Assembly (NCBI GenBank): GCA_951406725.2
Contig: OX597815.1
Span: 11,098,001-11,162,000, forward strand
Direction of reading: 5' to 3'
From: Octopus vulgaris
Lineage: Eukaryota
DNA length: 64,000 nucleotides
Below the pieces are notes generated by a model, which saw only the letters and a program-made list of their open reading frames with translations, was not told where the DNA came from and ran no database searches. The translations under genes were made by a program, and so were the position numbers. Shown in pieces: positions 36,126 through 49,392 of this stretch (the stretch's first letter is position 1; each line of letters starts with the position of its first letter).

Positions 36126-36539
36126 AAGGGTAAACATGCAAAACTGAATAAGATGTTATTGTAAAATTTCGGTTTCTTTTTTTTTTGGGGGGGGGGGGGG
36201 TAACCCCTCATATTCAGGTTCAAATATTTGTGCATATGCAAGTGTAGGAAGAGATGCATATATGATAAATAACTGTTTCTTTTTAACGTTTTAGTTAAAA
36301 ATCTTTCCTACGCAATATTGTTATATTCTTGCACACTCAAGTCATCTTTATCGCTCTTGCCGTTCACCACTACTTTACTTTTGATTACATCACACTCACA
36401 CCGCTTTCACCTCCTCACATACCATCTCATAAATCAAGCAATTACACTTCCACACCTATGTTTACCCTTCACTCACCTACGCCACTGTACTTTCACACTT
36501 TTACACGTACACACATATGCATACAGTACTTTAAAGCAC

Positions 36540-36846
36540 ATTGTTTGTTTTTCCTTCTTGAGCCATGCCTAGCTAATAAGGGCCAGTTTCCTGGTTTCCT
36601 TGGCGTATAGGTTCCCCACCTGGACGGGACGCCGGTCCATCGCAGGTGGGCTGCAAGATGCAAGAGGAAAGAGTGAGAGAAAGTTGTGGTGAAAGCGTCA
36701 GCAGAAGTTTGCCATTACCTTCTGCCGGGGCCGCATGGAGTTTAGGTGTTTCGCTCATAAACACAGACATCGTCTGGTCTGAAATTCGAACCCGCGATCC
36801 CTCGACCGCGAGTCCGCTGCTCTAACCACTAGGCCATGTGCCTCCA
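36540..36846 (-). mobile_element. SINE family S2, full-length with AAAC-type tail
   Basis: Reverse strand head GGAGGCACATGGCCTAGTGG; CTGCGATGGACCGGCGTCCCGTCCAGG module. Confidence 0.88.
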
Positions 36847-37020
36847 CTTTAAAGTACATTCACCACGTCCTTCTTATGCTCGCTTCCAGACACGAATACA
36901 GTCCTACACGTCCATCTACACACCCGCTCCTTCATTTTGACTCCCCAACAGTGCAACAATCTCCCTTAGTTTCTAAACAACTGCTCGTGTTCTCTCTCTC
37001 TCTCTTTCGCTCTCTCTCTC

Positions 37021-37072
<52 letters not shown>

Positions 37073-37431
37073 TTTCTCACTGACTATCACCCTTTCTCAG
37101 TCTCTCTTTGCCTTTCTCTTTCTTCTGCTGCAGGAGTATGTCCGAAACATTTAGACGCTTTCTTTTTCCATTAAACTGACGCGGATTCTCCAAATCTAGT
37201 CTACTAGTTGTACAGTGAAAAATTGTATGATATTCCCAAAATTCTCCATTTGGGATTCATACGTGAACAGATGCACGCATTTGTGTATATACATCGACAG
37301 TTCAACCAACACGCCAACTCAACTACATATTTACATACACCAAGATGTCACTTAACTCAAAAAGTTTTGTCGCTTTGTTAGCAACCAGCTCGAACACTTT
37401 CAAAAAGAACTGAAATTAAATTTTTAAAAAA

Positions 37432-38546
37432 TCATACATGCATACATACATACACACATACATACATACACACATGCATACATACATACATGCATGCATA
37501 CACACACACATACATACATACATACATACATACATACATACATACATACATACATACATACATACATGCGTAAATCCATACATACATACAAACATACATA
37601 CACACACATACATACATACATACATACACACATACATACATACATACACACACACATACATACATACATACATACACACATACATACATACATGCATGCA
37701 TACATACATACACATACATACATACATACATACATACACACATACATACACACACACATACATACATACATACATACATGCATACATACATACATACACA
37801 CATACATACATAGATACACACATACATACATACACACATACATACATACATACACACATACATACATACATACATACATACATACATACATACATACATA
37901 CATACATACATACATACATACATACATACATACATACAGACATACATACATTCATGCATGCATACATACACACATACATGCATACATACACACATACATA
38001 CATACATACATACATGCATATATACATACATACATACATACATACATACATTCATGCATGCATACATACACACATACATGCATACATACATACATATACA
38101 CATACATACATACATACATACATACACACATACATACATGCGTGCATACATACATACATACATACACACATACATACATACATACATACATACATACATA
38201 CATGCGTACATACATACATACATACACACATACATACATACATGCATACATACATACATACATACATACACACATACATACATACATGCATACATACATA
38301 CATACATACATGCATATATACATACATACATACATACATACATACATACATACATACATACATGCGTACATACATACATACATACATACACACATACATA
38401 CATACACACATACATACATACATGCATACATACATACATACATACATACATACATACACACACACACATACATACATACATACATACATACATACATACA
38501 TACATACATACATACATACATACATACATACATGCATACATACATA
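37432..38546. repeat. 1.1-kb (CATA)n microsatellite
   Basis: Direct reading. Confidence 0.97.
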
Positions 38547-38654
38547 TGCTCTCACTACTGGAAAGTCAGGTAATCAATTTGATATCAAATTCTTTGTATG
38601 TGTATAAAGTTGCGATTGACTTAAAAATGAAGTTGTTGGGATAATATGAGTCTT

Positions 38655-39067
38655 ATACTCTTTTACTCTTTTACTTGTTTCAGTCATTTGACTGCGGCCA
38701 TGCTGGAGCACCGCCTTTAGTCGAGCAAATCGACCTCAGGACTTATTCTTTGTAAGCCCAGTACTTATTCTATCAGTCTGTTTTGCCGAACCGCTAAGTG
38801 ACGGGGACATAAACACACCAGCATCGGTTGTCAAGCAATGCTAGGGGGACAAATACAGACACACAAACATACACACACACATATATACATATATATATAT
38901 ATATATATACATATATACGACGGGCTTCTTTCAGTTTCCGTCTACCAAATCCACTCACAAGGCATTGGTCGGCCCGCGGCTATAGCAGAAGACACTTGCC
39001 CAAGATGCCACGCAGTGGGACTGAACCCGGAACCATGTGGTTGATTAGCAAGCTACTTACCACACAA
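38655..39067 (-). mobile_element. SINE family S1
   Basis: Reverse copy lacking about 10 nt of the head. Confidence 0.92.
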
Positions 39068-39447
39068 CAAAAAGGAAAATTTAACTGAACTTTCAGGCAC
39101 GCATGAGAGAGCTCGCAATATACGAGGAAATAGATGTATATATATATATATATACTTACTATTGACCAGGCCATTTAAATAGGCAACTGATTTCACGGTT
39201 CGAGCAGGAAGAAATGTATAAATAAAGTTACATGAAAGGATGACTAATTTATTTTGAAGTATTTGTATTTGGCAATTAGTGGTGACTAGTAACCAAATCC
39301 ATGAATGAATATTTCCTATTGATAAACAAATCAATTTGGACAAGCTGCAGAAGTAAGAAATTTAAAAATTGATTAGTGTTAATAAGGCAATGTTATTATT
39401 TGAAAATTTATTTATATATGAATACGCAAACTCCAATTCAAACTCAC

Positions 39448-39462
39448 GATTATCAAATTTAA
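39448..39462 (-). other. Candidate 15-nt microexon
   Basis: ~55-nt pyrimidine-rich tract ending TCTTCAG | TTAAATTTGATAATC | GTGAGT. Confidence 0.35.
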
Positions 39463-39710
39463 CTGAAGATACGAAAAAATATAAAAGTTCAAGAAGAAGA
39501 AAAATGTGAAAAGAAAACCTATAAGACGCATTTCCATATTTTCTTCTGACAGAATAATCTCATTTGTAATGAGGGGGCGTCTACGCATCCGCTGCACATG
39601 CTAGAAATAATGGCCACGTTCCTCATCATACGTATGTGTGCGTGCGTGTGTGTATGTAACGATTATGAGCACCATATGAATGAGAGGAAGAAAAATATAA
39701 TTGATATATG

Positions 39711-39930
39711 TATTTCTTTACTACCCACAAGGAGCTAAACACAGAGGGGACAAACAAGGACATACAAACGGATTAAGTCGATTATATCGACCCCAGTGCG
39801 TAACTGGTACTTAATTTATCGACCCCGAAAGGATGAAAGGCAAAGTTGACCTCGGCGGAATTTGAACACAGAACGTAACGGCAGACGAAATACGGCTACG
39901 CATTTCGCCCGGTTCTGCCAGCTCGCCGCC
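39711..39930 (-). mobile_element. SINE family S3 with 15-bp TSD
   Basis: TSD AATATAATTGATATA. Confidence 0.92.
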
Positions 39931-40432
39931 TTAATATAATTGATATAGGCTGTATTTTATCGTTACAATGTAAGATACAAGTTGAACTTCTTCGAGTTGC
40001 TGTTCCATAATGGTTATTTGAGGTAGTATTATCCATTCTGTAGGTAGTTAAGGTCATCTGTATGTGACTAATAGGAAATGAACGGAAGAAGGTAAGACAA
40101 AGGGTAAAAGAATTAATCTTTCTGTGTAGAGAGGATGAAAGTTGTATAGTCGCGCAAGTGACAAGGCATTACTGAAATGAGAAAAGGTAGATATACTTTT
40201 CCATTGAGGAGGCCAAGTGAAAGAAATAGAATTGAATTTGGGTCCTGTATTTATATTTTTTTCTTAACTAAATTATGTCAGGCTGAGCAAAAGATAGTTC
40301 ATTTGTTATCTGCCTTGAGCTTAATCTAGCACGAAATGGTTTCAGGTTAACAGTTGACTCCCAAGTTTCCAAGAGCTGATATTCCGTGTGTAATAGGAAG
40401 GAACTCATAGAGAACTCTAGATTGGGTTTTGA

Positions 40433-40686
40433 ATAATAATATAATAATAATAATAATAATGAAATTATTGTATACAGTGCTCAGGTGCACCACAACTTGT
40501 CAAAGGTGCGTATAAAGCATATGCAGTAATGTACAAATGTCTGGAAAGCGAACAGTGTATGAGTCAGATACATGTTGTGAGCGTGTGTATGGAAGGGAGA
40601 AAATCAGGTGTAGTGTTGGCGAATCTCTGGAAGCATGGAAGTTTTGAAGGATGCAGTGCTCAGACAACTAACAACTGATGCCGGCA
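40433..40686 (-). mobile_element. CR1/L2-like LINE 3' end with (ATT)n tail
   Basis: Reverse strand PASVVSCLSTASFK..HYT*, then UTR and microsatellite tail. Confidence 0.65.
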
Positions 40687-41086
40687 AAATATTGGAGAAG
40701 AATCCAAGAAGCACCCGCACCCCACATAGACACATACATATTTATTTATTCATATGATGATTCGAAGTAGGAGCATTTCTTGGTCTCTAACCTGCAAGAA
40801 ATAGCAGTAGATTCTCCTACAAATGAAGACTAGTAATTTCGTACCAATAAATTCACTCATAACGCCTGAGGCTAGGGACTATTCATTAACTTGATAAAAA
40901 CAGACCGTCAGTGCATGGACCGAATTTCCAAAATCTTCAGTTTCTATAACTTCATGCGACGGAATACCAGGTTTCAAATAAGCGTTGTATATACGAAAAT
41001 TTGACGAGAAGCAAATCTCACATATCTGTTGATTATTCATAGAATTGATGATTGGTGTCTTGGACGTTTTTTTTTACGAAATCAAA

Positions 41087-41485
41087 TCTTTATATATAAA
41101 AGTGAGGTTGTGTGCTGTCTGTCTCCTACGATTTAGATTCCTAACTACTCTCACATTTTGCGGTGCAGTTTAACCAAAACCGGGTATCTTATAGTCGTGA
41201 TTCATATCGAGCCCTTCTGGGTATTAGCGCGCGTCTACGATGAGTCTACGATTTAAAAAAAAAAATTTGCCATCAATTTTTCCCATTTTTAATGCATTTT
41301 TGGCATATGTAAGGGAAGTAACTCTCTAAAAATTTATTATTAAATCTCAGAACGTAAAAAGCTACAGTAACACCCCCCCCTTTGTGGTTAACCATATTGA
41401 GATGGCTATTATACTTTACATCTCTAAAAATGCTTATATAGTTATTTCCCTTACAAACCCGAGCAACGCCGGGTGATACTGCTAG
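41087..41485 (+). mobile_element. Complete non-autonomous Helitron
   Basis: A|TC 5' end, subterminal hairpin CCCGAGCAACGCCGGG 41458-41473, CTAG|T 3' end, no TSD. Confidence 0.88.
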
Positions 41486-41831
41486 TATCTTATAAAACCC
41501 AACATCGAACAAAAGGCCTAGTATCTCAATATCCGGGTGTATTAAAAAACAGTGTTACGTGAGGTAATGTGGTCAGGGTACATAAATAAATCAAGAAATT
41601 CACAGCTGGATTGTCTTTGGTAATCAGCGGTGGATAAGAGTTTGTTCTGACCCTTAGTGTTCTGACTGTTTTCGGTGGTCGATATAATAGATTTAATCCG
41701 TTGATTGCTAAGCAACAGCACATACACCTTTAGGCCAAATTGTCGATTTGAAGATAAGTTCTAGTCTCACAGGCTCCGAAAGAAAACTATTTTTTGACAT
41801 CTTCCATTTGTTTTATCACACGAAATGATGG

Positions 41832-42243
41832 CTCTTTTACTCTTTTACTTGTTTCAGTTACTTGACTGCGGCCATGCTGGAGCACCGCCTTTAATCGAGC
41901 AACTCGATCCCGGGACTTATTCTTTTGTAAGCCCAGTACTTATTCTATCGGCCTCTTTTTGCCGAACCGCTAAGTGACGGGGACATAAACACACCAGCAT
42001 CGGTTGTCAAGCAATGCTAGAGGGACAAACACATACACACAAACACACACACACGCATATATATACATATACATATGTACGACGGGCTTCTTTCAGTTTC
42101 CCTCTACCAAATCCACTCACAAGGCATTGGTCGGCTCGAGACTATAGTAGAAGACACTTGACCAAGATGCCTCGCAGTGGGACTGAACCCGGAACCATGT
42201 GGCTGGTAAACAAGCTACTTTACCACACAGCTACTCCTGCGCC
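41832..42243 (-). mobile_element. SINE family S1
   Basis: Full-length reverse copy. Confidence 0.92.
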
Positions 42244-42536
42244 TAGATGCTTTCGTTTCAAGATGCTTCATCTTTTCAATCTCTTCTTAGTTTTTAGTAT
42301 TTACTCAGCTTTAGAAACTCTTTCGTCGATATAACTTTGTCTTACAGAATAACTCGTGTCATGTCATTCAATCTCATTTCTATTGTCCCTGTTGGTAGCT
42401 GCGCTTTTTATTATTACGCACACACACACTTACACACATACACACGCACGCACACACATTCAATGTTTTGTTCCGTGCCGTCCATCCATAATAATGTTTT
42501 TTCTCTCGATGTAAACGCTTAGTGATCAATAAAGAA

Positions 42537-42553
42537 ACCACCTCCAACACCAA

Positions 42554-42585
<32 letters not shown>

Positions 42586-42672
42586 CCAACATCATCATTA
42601 TCATCATCATCATCATCATTATCATCATCCTCCTCCTCATCATCATCAACCTCATCATCATCCTCCTCCTCC

Positions 42673-42710
<38 letters not shown>

Positions 42711-42711
42711 G

Positions 42712-42763
<52 letters not shown>

Positions 42764-42819
42764 CCTCCTCCTCCTCATCAACATCATCATCATCATCATC
42801 ATCATCATCATAGTTGTCG

Positions 42820-42856
<37 letters not shown>

Positions 42857-43000
42857 CACCACCGCCACCACCACCACCTCCACCACCACCATCATCATCA
42901 TCATCACCACCACCACCACCACCACCACCACCGCCACCACCACGACAACCACCAGTAGCGTTATCAACATTACCTGCTGCAGCAGCAGCAGCAGCAGTAG
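42537..43000. repeat. Compound (CAT)n/(CAC)n/(CCT)n/(CAG)n microsatellite
   Basis: Direct reading. Confidence 0.95.
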
Positions 43001-43171
43001 TATTAGTTAAATAATTAATATTATTTATTCTATTTGCACTCAGCTGGTTTTGGAACGCAATTGACTTGCCTTCATTGTTCTGGTGAAATTAGAAACAATC
43101 AAGGAAAATAACGGTGGAAGTAACAAGATTTTCAAGTGAAACCATCATATAAATACATGTAGATATAAGTA

Positions 43172-43479
43172 TATCACGTGATCACGTGACCGACCAGACC
43201 ATCAGATGTTGTTACATATCGCTGGTCACAATGCGTTCGCATTGTTTTAGCCTTCGAACGACGCCACCCCGCTGGCTAAGCGAGCAGGCCAACAGAAGAA
43301 AGAGTGGGAGAAAGAGTGGTGAAAGAGTACACCAGTGATCATCACCCCCTACCGGAGCCTCGTGGAGCTTTTAGGTGTTTTCGCTCAATAAACACTCACA
43401 ACGCCTGGTCTGGGAATCGAAACCGCCCGCGATCCTGCGACCGCGAGTCCGCTGCCCTAACCACTAGGCCATTGCGCCT

Positions 43480-43480
<1 letters not shown>
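43172..43480 (-). mobile_element. SINE family S2, CACGTGAT tail type
   Basis: Reverse complement match to 58752-59066. Confidence 0.9.
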
Positions 43481-43549
<69 letters not shown>

Positions 43550-43736
43550 GTGTGTGTATGTATGTATACACACACATTTTATGCTTGTATTTATGAATAT
43601 ATATATATATATACATATGAAAAAGCTTGGAAAGGTAAACAGTGTGGAAATGAAAAGTATGATTACTAATCAACAAAATGATACAGGTTAAAAAAAGGTA
43701 CAGTAAAAAAAAACTCTAAGCACGTGGCCTTAGTAT

Positions 43737-44026
43737 ATGCCAAAGAATGAAACAGTCATCCAGGTATCTCATCCAGTTATTTTCTATGTACGGGGAGGAT
43801 GGGTTGCCATATTTTTCTAAAACCTTACCAGAAAGACTGATTTCTAGACATCCCATAACTAGATTAGCAATGGTAGGGGTCATTCTTGTACTCATATCAA
43901 GTCTCCGATTTATGTCGATAGAAGTTGTCTTTGAACACGAAGTGGTTATTCTCCAAGATAAATTTTAGCCTTTCTATCACGAATTCTTTTTTTAATGCGA
44001 TGTGAGAGTTCGTTGGCGCTAATTCT
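43737..44026 (-). mobile_element. Inverted duplicate of the Penelope RT segment
   Basis: Reverse complement of ~44152-44290 plus 44535-44682, without the SINE. Confidence 0.9.
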
Positions 44027-45588
44027 GGATATGCTCAATCACCTTCCTGAAACAATAAACAAAAACACCCTACTAGTATCCTTCGATATAGTCAACCTAT
44101 ATTTTAATATCTCCCACAACCTAGGAATAGAGGCAATCCAATTCTGGCTAGAGAATTACGCCAACAAACTCTCACATCACATCAAAAAAGAATTCGTGGT
44201 AGAAGAGCTAAAATTTATCTTGGAGAATAACTACTTCGTGTCCGAAGACAACTTCTATCGACATAAATCGGAGACTGATATGAGTACAAGGCGGCGAGCT
44301 GGCAGAAACGTTAGCACACAGGGCGAAATGCTTAGCGGTATTTCGTCTGTCGTTGCGTTCTGAGTTCAAATTCCGCTGAGGTCGACTTTGCCTTTCATCC
44401 TTTCGGGGTCGATAAATTAAGTACCAGTTACGCACTCGGGTCAATGTAATCGACTTAATCCGTTTGTCTGTCCTTGTTTGTCCCCTCTATGTTTAGCCCC
44501 TTGTGGGTAATAAAGAAACAGATATGAGTACAAGAATGACCCTCACCTTTGTTAATCTAGTCATGGGATATCTAGAAATTAGACTTTCTGGTAAGGTTTT
44601 AGAAAAATACAGCAGCCCATTCTCCTCGTACATTGAAAATAACTGGAAGAGATACCTGGATGACTGTTTCATTCTTTGGCATGAAAGTATAGAGAAACTT
44701 AAAGATTTTCAAGCATTCGTAAATGGACTTGACGTGAACATTCAATTCACGATGGAATATTGCCATGAACAGCTTCCCTTCTTCAACATCCTCATTAAGA
44801 AATCTAACAACGTAATAGAAACAGATATATACTATAAACCCACGGACTCCAAGCAATATCTACTGTTCAACACATGCCACCCCAGACACAACAGAATGAA
44901 TATCCCCTTCAACCTAGCAAAAAGGATATATACTATAGTTTCTAATGCAAGCACCAGAGACACACGACTAGATGAACTAAAGGATACACTCATCACCAGG
45001 AACTACCCACCTTCACTAATTGACATATGCTTTCAACGTGCCCTACAACTCAACATCCACGAACTCAGACATCCCATATTAAAGAAGGATTTACAACCAA
45101 AAGCCCTGCCATACATCTCCACACACAACACTCTTAACAATGAAGCCTTCGACACCGTCCTTCAAAATATTCCCCTGCTAAAAATGGACCACAAAATGAA
45201 ATTAATCCTCCAAACGCACACCATCATAAAAAGCAAAAGACAGCCCGAATCCATGAAAAGTCTCCTAACAGAATCCCGAATACACTCAATAACAACACTG
45301 AAGCTGTCAGTAAAAAAATGCAGAAGACCCAACTGTGGGATATGCGTCCATTTAATTGAGGGATCAGAGTTCTCCTTCAAACAGGGACAACGTTTCACAG
45401 TGAAAAGCAGCTTCACATGTTCTTCGGAGAACCTGACATATGCACTAACATGCTCTGGGTGTCAAGAGCAATACAGAGGCCAAACCCAAAAAGGTTTACG
45501 TCAAAGGATGGCTCTGCACAGATCCCAGATCAAAATTCCCAAAAACAAAAATAGCATTCAGCCCACACATCGACATTTGAACCAATAA
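44027..45588 (+). pseudogene. Penelope-like element (Neptune-type) RT plus GIY-YIG endonuclease
   Basis: LVSFDIVNLY, WKRYLDDCF, TDIYYKPTD..CHP, Cys linker CRRPNCGIC, FTCSSENLTYALTCSGCQEQYRGQT..LRQRM..H. Confidence 0.92.
44290..44520 (+). mobile_element. SINE family S3 inserted in the Penelope RT, 14-bp TSD
   Basis: TSD GATATGAGTACAAG at 44277-44290 and 44521-44534. Confidence 0.95.
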
Positions 45589-45868
45589 CCCCTCTTGATT
45601 TCTATCTTTGGGGGCATTTGAAAGGCATGGTGTATCACTAAAAGATAAAAGGCATAAATCATTTGAAGGAACGCTTCACCAACTCATTTGCACACGTATC
45701 ACCGGATGTGCTATTACGAGTTCAGAATGTGTGGAGTAAACGTATTGCAACGTATATTCAAAACAATGGTAACCATATAGAGCCTGTTAAATAAATAAAA
45801 AAAATTCTTATGTACTGTTTCTTATAAAAAGATAAATTATTCCTATGTATGGCGACTTTTGAATCACC

Positions 45869-45871
<3 letters not shown>
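45586..45871 (+). mobile_element. Tc1/mariner-type transposon 3' end
   Basis: TPLDFYLWGHLKGMVY..LKER..NGNHIE; terminus TCACCCTG|TA. Confidence 0.82.
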
Positions 45872-45921
<50 letters not shown>

Positions 45922-45923
<2 letters not shown>

Positions 45924-46127
45924 TAAACAACTTATAAATAAGAGCTAAAGAAAATTATTTCTATGCCAATATGCTGATAATAGACTTTTAAATCGCCAAT
46001 TTCCACATATTATTTACTCGCTACAGAGTAAATAATATGGATGTGGAAATTGACGATTTAAAAGACTGTTATCAGCATATTGGCATAGAAATAATTTTCT
46101 TTAGCTCCTATTTATAAGTTGTTTATA
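45922..46127. repeat. ~205 bp near-perfect palindrome beside (TA)n
   Basis: TATAAACAACTTATAAATA..TATTTACTC-GCTACA-GAGTAAATA..TATTTATAAGTTGTTTATA. Confidence 0.95.
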
Positions 46128-46213
46128 ATTCTAACCTTAAAGGTATTTTAATATGCTGCCACATTTTCTGATGAAATTTTTTTCTGTAAAAAAAACTTCA
46201 TCCTATATTAGTA

Positions 46214-46267
<54 letters not shown>

Positions 46268-46586
46268 TATTAAATATGTACATATATATATGCAAGATAT
46301 TCACTTGTGAGCGTGAGTTTTATATAATCACATTTATATGCATATCTTTTATTATCTCTTACATAGTTCACTCGTTAGCCTGCGGCCATGCTGGAGCATC
46401 ACTTTGAAGGATTTTTAGTCGAATGAATGATCCACCCAAGAACATAATTTTAAAACTTGCTTCTTATTATATTTTGACTATTAAGTTACGGGCACGTACA
46501 CACATCAACACCGTTTGTCAAGTGGTAGTGGAGGACAACTACAGACACAAAGACATACATACACAGGTATATATATATATATATAT

Positions 46587-46680
46587 AAAGTCTTTTACGT
46601 TTCGAGCTTACGCTCTTCTACAGTAAGGGACACAGAAAAAACAAGGAGTGAAAAAAAAGTAAAGAAAAAAGGAGAGAAAA
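46587..46680 (-). mobile_element. (TA)n-embedded hammerhead-like element
   Basis: Reverse strand CTGTAGA-A-GAGC-GTAA-GCTC-GAAAC-GTA-AAAGAC. Confidence 0.6.
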
Positions 46681-46872
46681 AAAAGGAGAGAATATATATA
46701 TATACCAAGAAAGTTAGGGGTTGTGGGTCCAACCCACTAAGGGATAATATCTATCCAATATACTGTTTGTATAATACCCAATTATTTATACACAAGAGTT
46801 TTTAATTGCATTGCAATTAACTTACCTTTTGTATTAAACGGGGGAAGGTAAAGAAATATTTTACCATTAATC

Positions 46873-47003
46873 TATATTGCAAATAAGAAAATGGAAAAGC
46901 ACATTATTTGGTTCATCAACTTTAGGACATTAAAATGTTTACTTAACATTTAATGTCCTAAAATTGATGAACCAACTTTTGTGATTCTCCATTTTCTTAT
47001 TTG

Positions 47004-47010
<7 letters not shown>
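46873..47010. repeat. ~135 bp palindrome beside (TA)n
   Basis: GCAAATAAGAAAATGGA..TTGGTTCATCAA.TTTAGGACATTAAA mirrored downstream. Confidence 0.92.
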
Positions 47011-47057
<47 letters not shown>

Positions 47058-47059
<2 letters not shown>

Positions 47060-47116
47060 GACGGGCTTCTTTCAGTTTTCGTTTACCAAATCAACTCACA
47101 CAGCCACACCTGCGCG
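47058..47116 (-). mobile_element. Internally deleted S1 fragment
   Basis: Body joined to head end through CACA microhomology. Confidence 0.7.
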
Positions 47117-48174
47117 AATCACATATTTTTGATGCCATAAGCATTTAGAAACTTCGAAGGAACATGAAATAAGTTTTGTTAAAAAAAGAAAAAAAAACCT
47201 CTGGACAGGAACATTTTCTATCCAAAGAGCTTTATAAACCAGTATTTGCTCGCTATTATTTATAGCTCTATTCGCTTCGAGTTAAATCGTTCCAAATAAG
47301 AAATATTTGAAAAATGTTTTTATGTCATAATATTCAATACCTTTTAGCTGAGTGCATGTTAATTAAAAGTAAATAACTCCGTATATGCATGCATACATGC
47401 ATACATACATACATACATACATACATACATACATACATACATACATACATACATACATACATACATACATACGTACATACGTACATGCAAAAATATTGTT
47501 CATGCATAAATTTTGCAGAATCGGTTCATCAATGTCTTTTAGATAGAAGCTATGAAAACATATTTTTGTTATTTCATTGAACAGAGGTTGTTTTGTTTAA
47601 ATTTGCCTTTAAAAACATATTTTATTTCTTCTTTACACTTCGTATGATATTTTGTGTCTGTTAATACATTTGTTTATATTGAAAATTTCTGAGATAAAAT
47701 GAATGAAGGATAGTATGTGTATGCATACGTGTGTGTGCGTTTTTTGCGCGCGCGTGTGTGTGTATGTGTGTAGAAATAATTAGTAAGAAATCGTATATAA
47801 TTATAATGAGGCTGGTTGAATGATTAAAGAAACTCTAAGAAAAGAACAAGAACAAAAGTACAGAAGGGCGAGGCGGATTCTGGAAGGAGGAATAAATAAA
47901 TACAATGGAGATATGGGATGGAGGGGAATGATAAAGTTTTAGGGTGTAAGAAAACAGTGTTCCCTAATGAAAGGGATGAACAGAAAAGCTTCTGTGGACA
48001 TGAAACGGGATGAAAGCTTTCATCGGGCTGTTGAAAGAAAAGGCATTGAGGTAGGGGATGATAGTGTAATGGTGTGGGTGGGTGATGGAAGGATTATTAT
48101 AAAGGGATCGGTGGAAGACGAAACACAAATACATGCATTTAGTCATATACTCATGCGTGTAATACACACACAAC

Positions 48175-48232
48175 CACACACACACACACAGAGCATACAC
48201 ACCATATACACACACACACAGAGCATACACAC

Positions 48233-48264
<32 letters not shown>

Positions 48265-48345
48265 GAGCATACACACCATATACACATACACACAGAGCAT
48301 ACACACCATATACACACAGAGGATACACACCATATACACACACAT
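48175..48345. repeat. ~30-bp minisatellite (CACAGAGCATACACACCATATACACA) x5
   Basis: Direct reading. Confidence 0.9.
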
Positions 48346-48977
48346 ACGCACACATTTACGCTACATTCACACTTTCGCACGCACACATCTAGGCTTGCAT
48401 TTATGGAATGCATATACGTGTACATGCAAACATATACTTACACGTTTGTACACCCATTACATACATCAACGCATATATACACATACACTCTCACGTGTGT
48501 CACGCTTACACAGGCACGCGCAGATATAATCATGCAAATACAGACACACACATAGACAACCCTACACTCATTATATAAATTAATTGATAAACTAATGCAT
48601 TAATAAAGATACGGAGATGAATAAAAGCATGCATACACGATGCATATATACCAACGCACGAACATGGTCATGCACATATAGGCATACACATAGATATACA
48701 TACATTCAAACATATTTCAACACACAGGCACATACAAAGAAACAGAAGTACACACGCATTGAAACATAAATATGCTGAGACCAGCGAGGAAGACTTTATG
48801 CGGTCACACGATCTGCGCGGAGTAGCAGCTAAATCTCCTTCGGTTCCACCTTGCCGTCTTAAAGAAAGACACCCGTACAGGAAAATGAAGAGCTAGGTAT
48901 ATAAAAAAAAGGGTTGGTTGTGACTTTAAAAACATTTTTTTTTTATTTCTGCTTTACACTTCATATGATATTTGTGT

Positions 48978-49392
48978 CTCTTTTACTCTTTTACTGGTTT
49001 CAGTCATTTGACTGTGGCCATGCTGCAGCAACACCTTTAGTCGAGCAAATCAACCCCAGAACTTATTCTTTGGAAGCCTAGTACTTATTCTATCGGCCTC
49101 TTTTGCCGAACCGCTAAGTTACGGGGACTTAAACACGGGGACGTAAACAAACCAGCATCGGTTGTCAACCAATGTTGGGAGGACAAACACATACACACAT
49201 ACATATATATATATATATATACATATATACGATGGGCTTCTTTCAGTTTCCGTCTACTAAATCCACTCACAAGGCTTTGGTCGACCCGAGGCTATAGTAG
49301 AAGACACTTGCCCAAGGTGCCACGTAGTGGGACTGAACCTTGAACCATGTGATCGGTAAGCAAGCTACTTACCACACAGCCACTTCTGTGTC
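48978..49392 (-). mobile_element. SINE family S1 inside a locally duplicated segment
   Basis: Flanks rejoin to match 47605-47720. Confidence 0.9.

Noticed and set aside
39412-39597. Signal-peptide-like ORF MEMRLIGFLFTFFFF
   Set aside because: Hydrophobicity derives from a T-rich tract, more plausibly a polypyrimidine tract
48175-48345. CRISPR-like array
   Set aside because: Spacers are only variable CA runs; eukaryotic context with no cas genes
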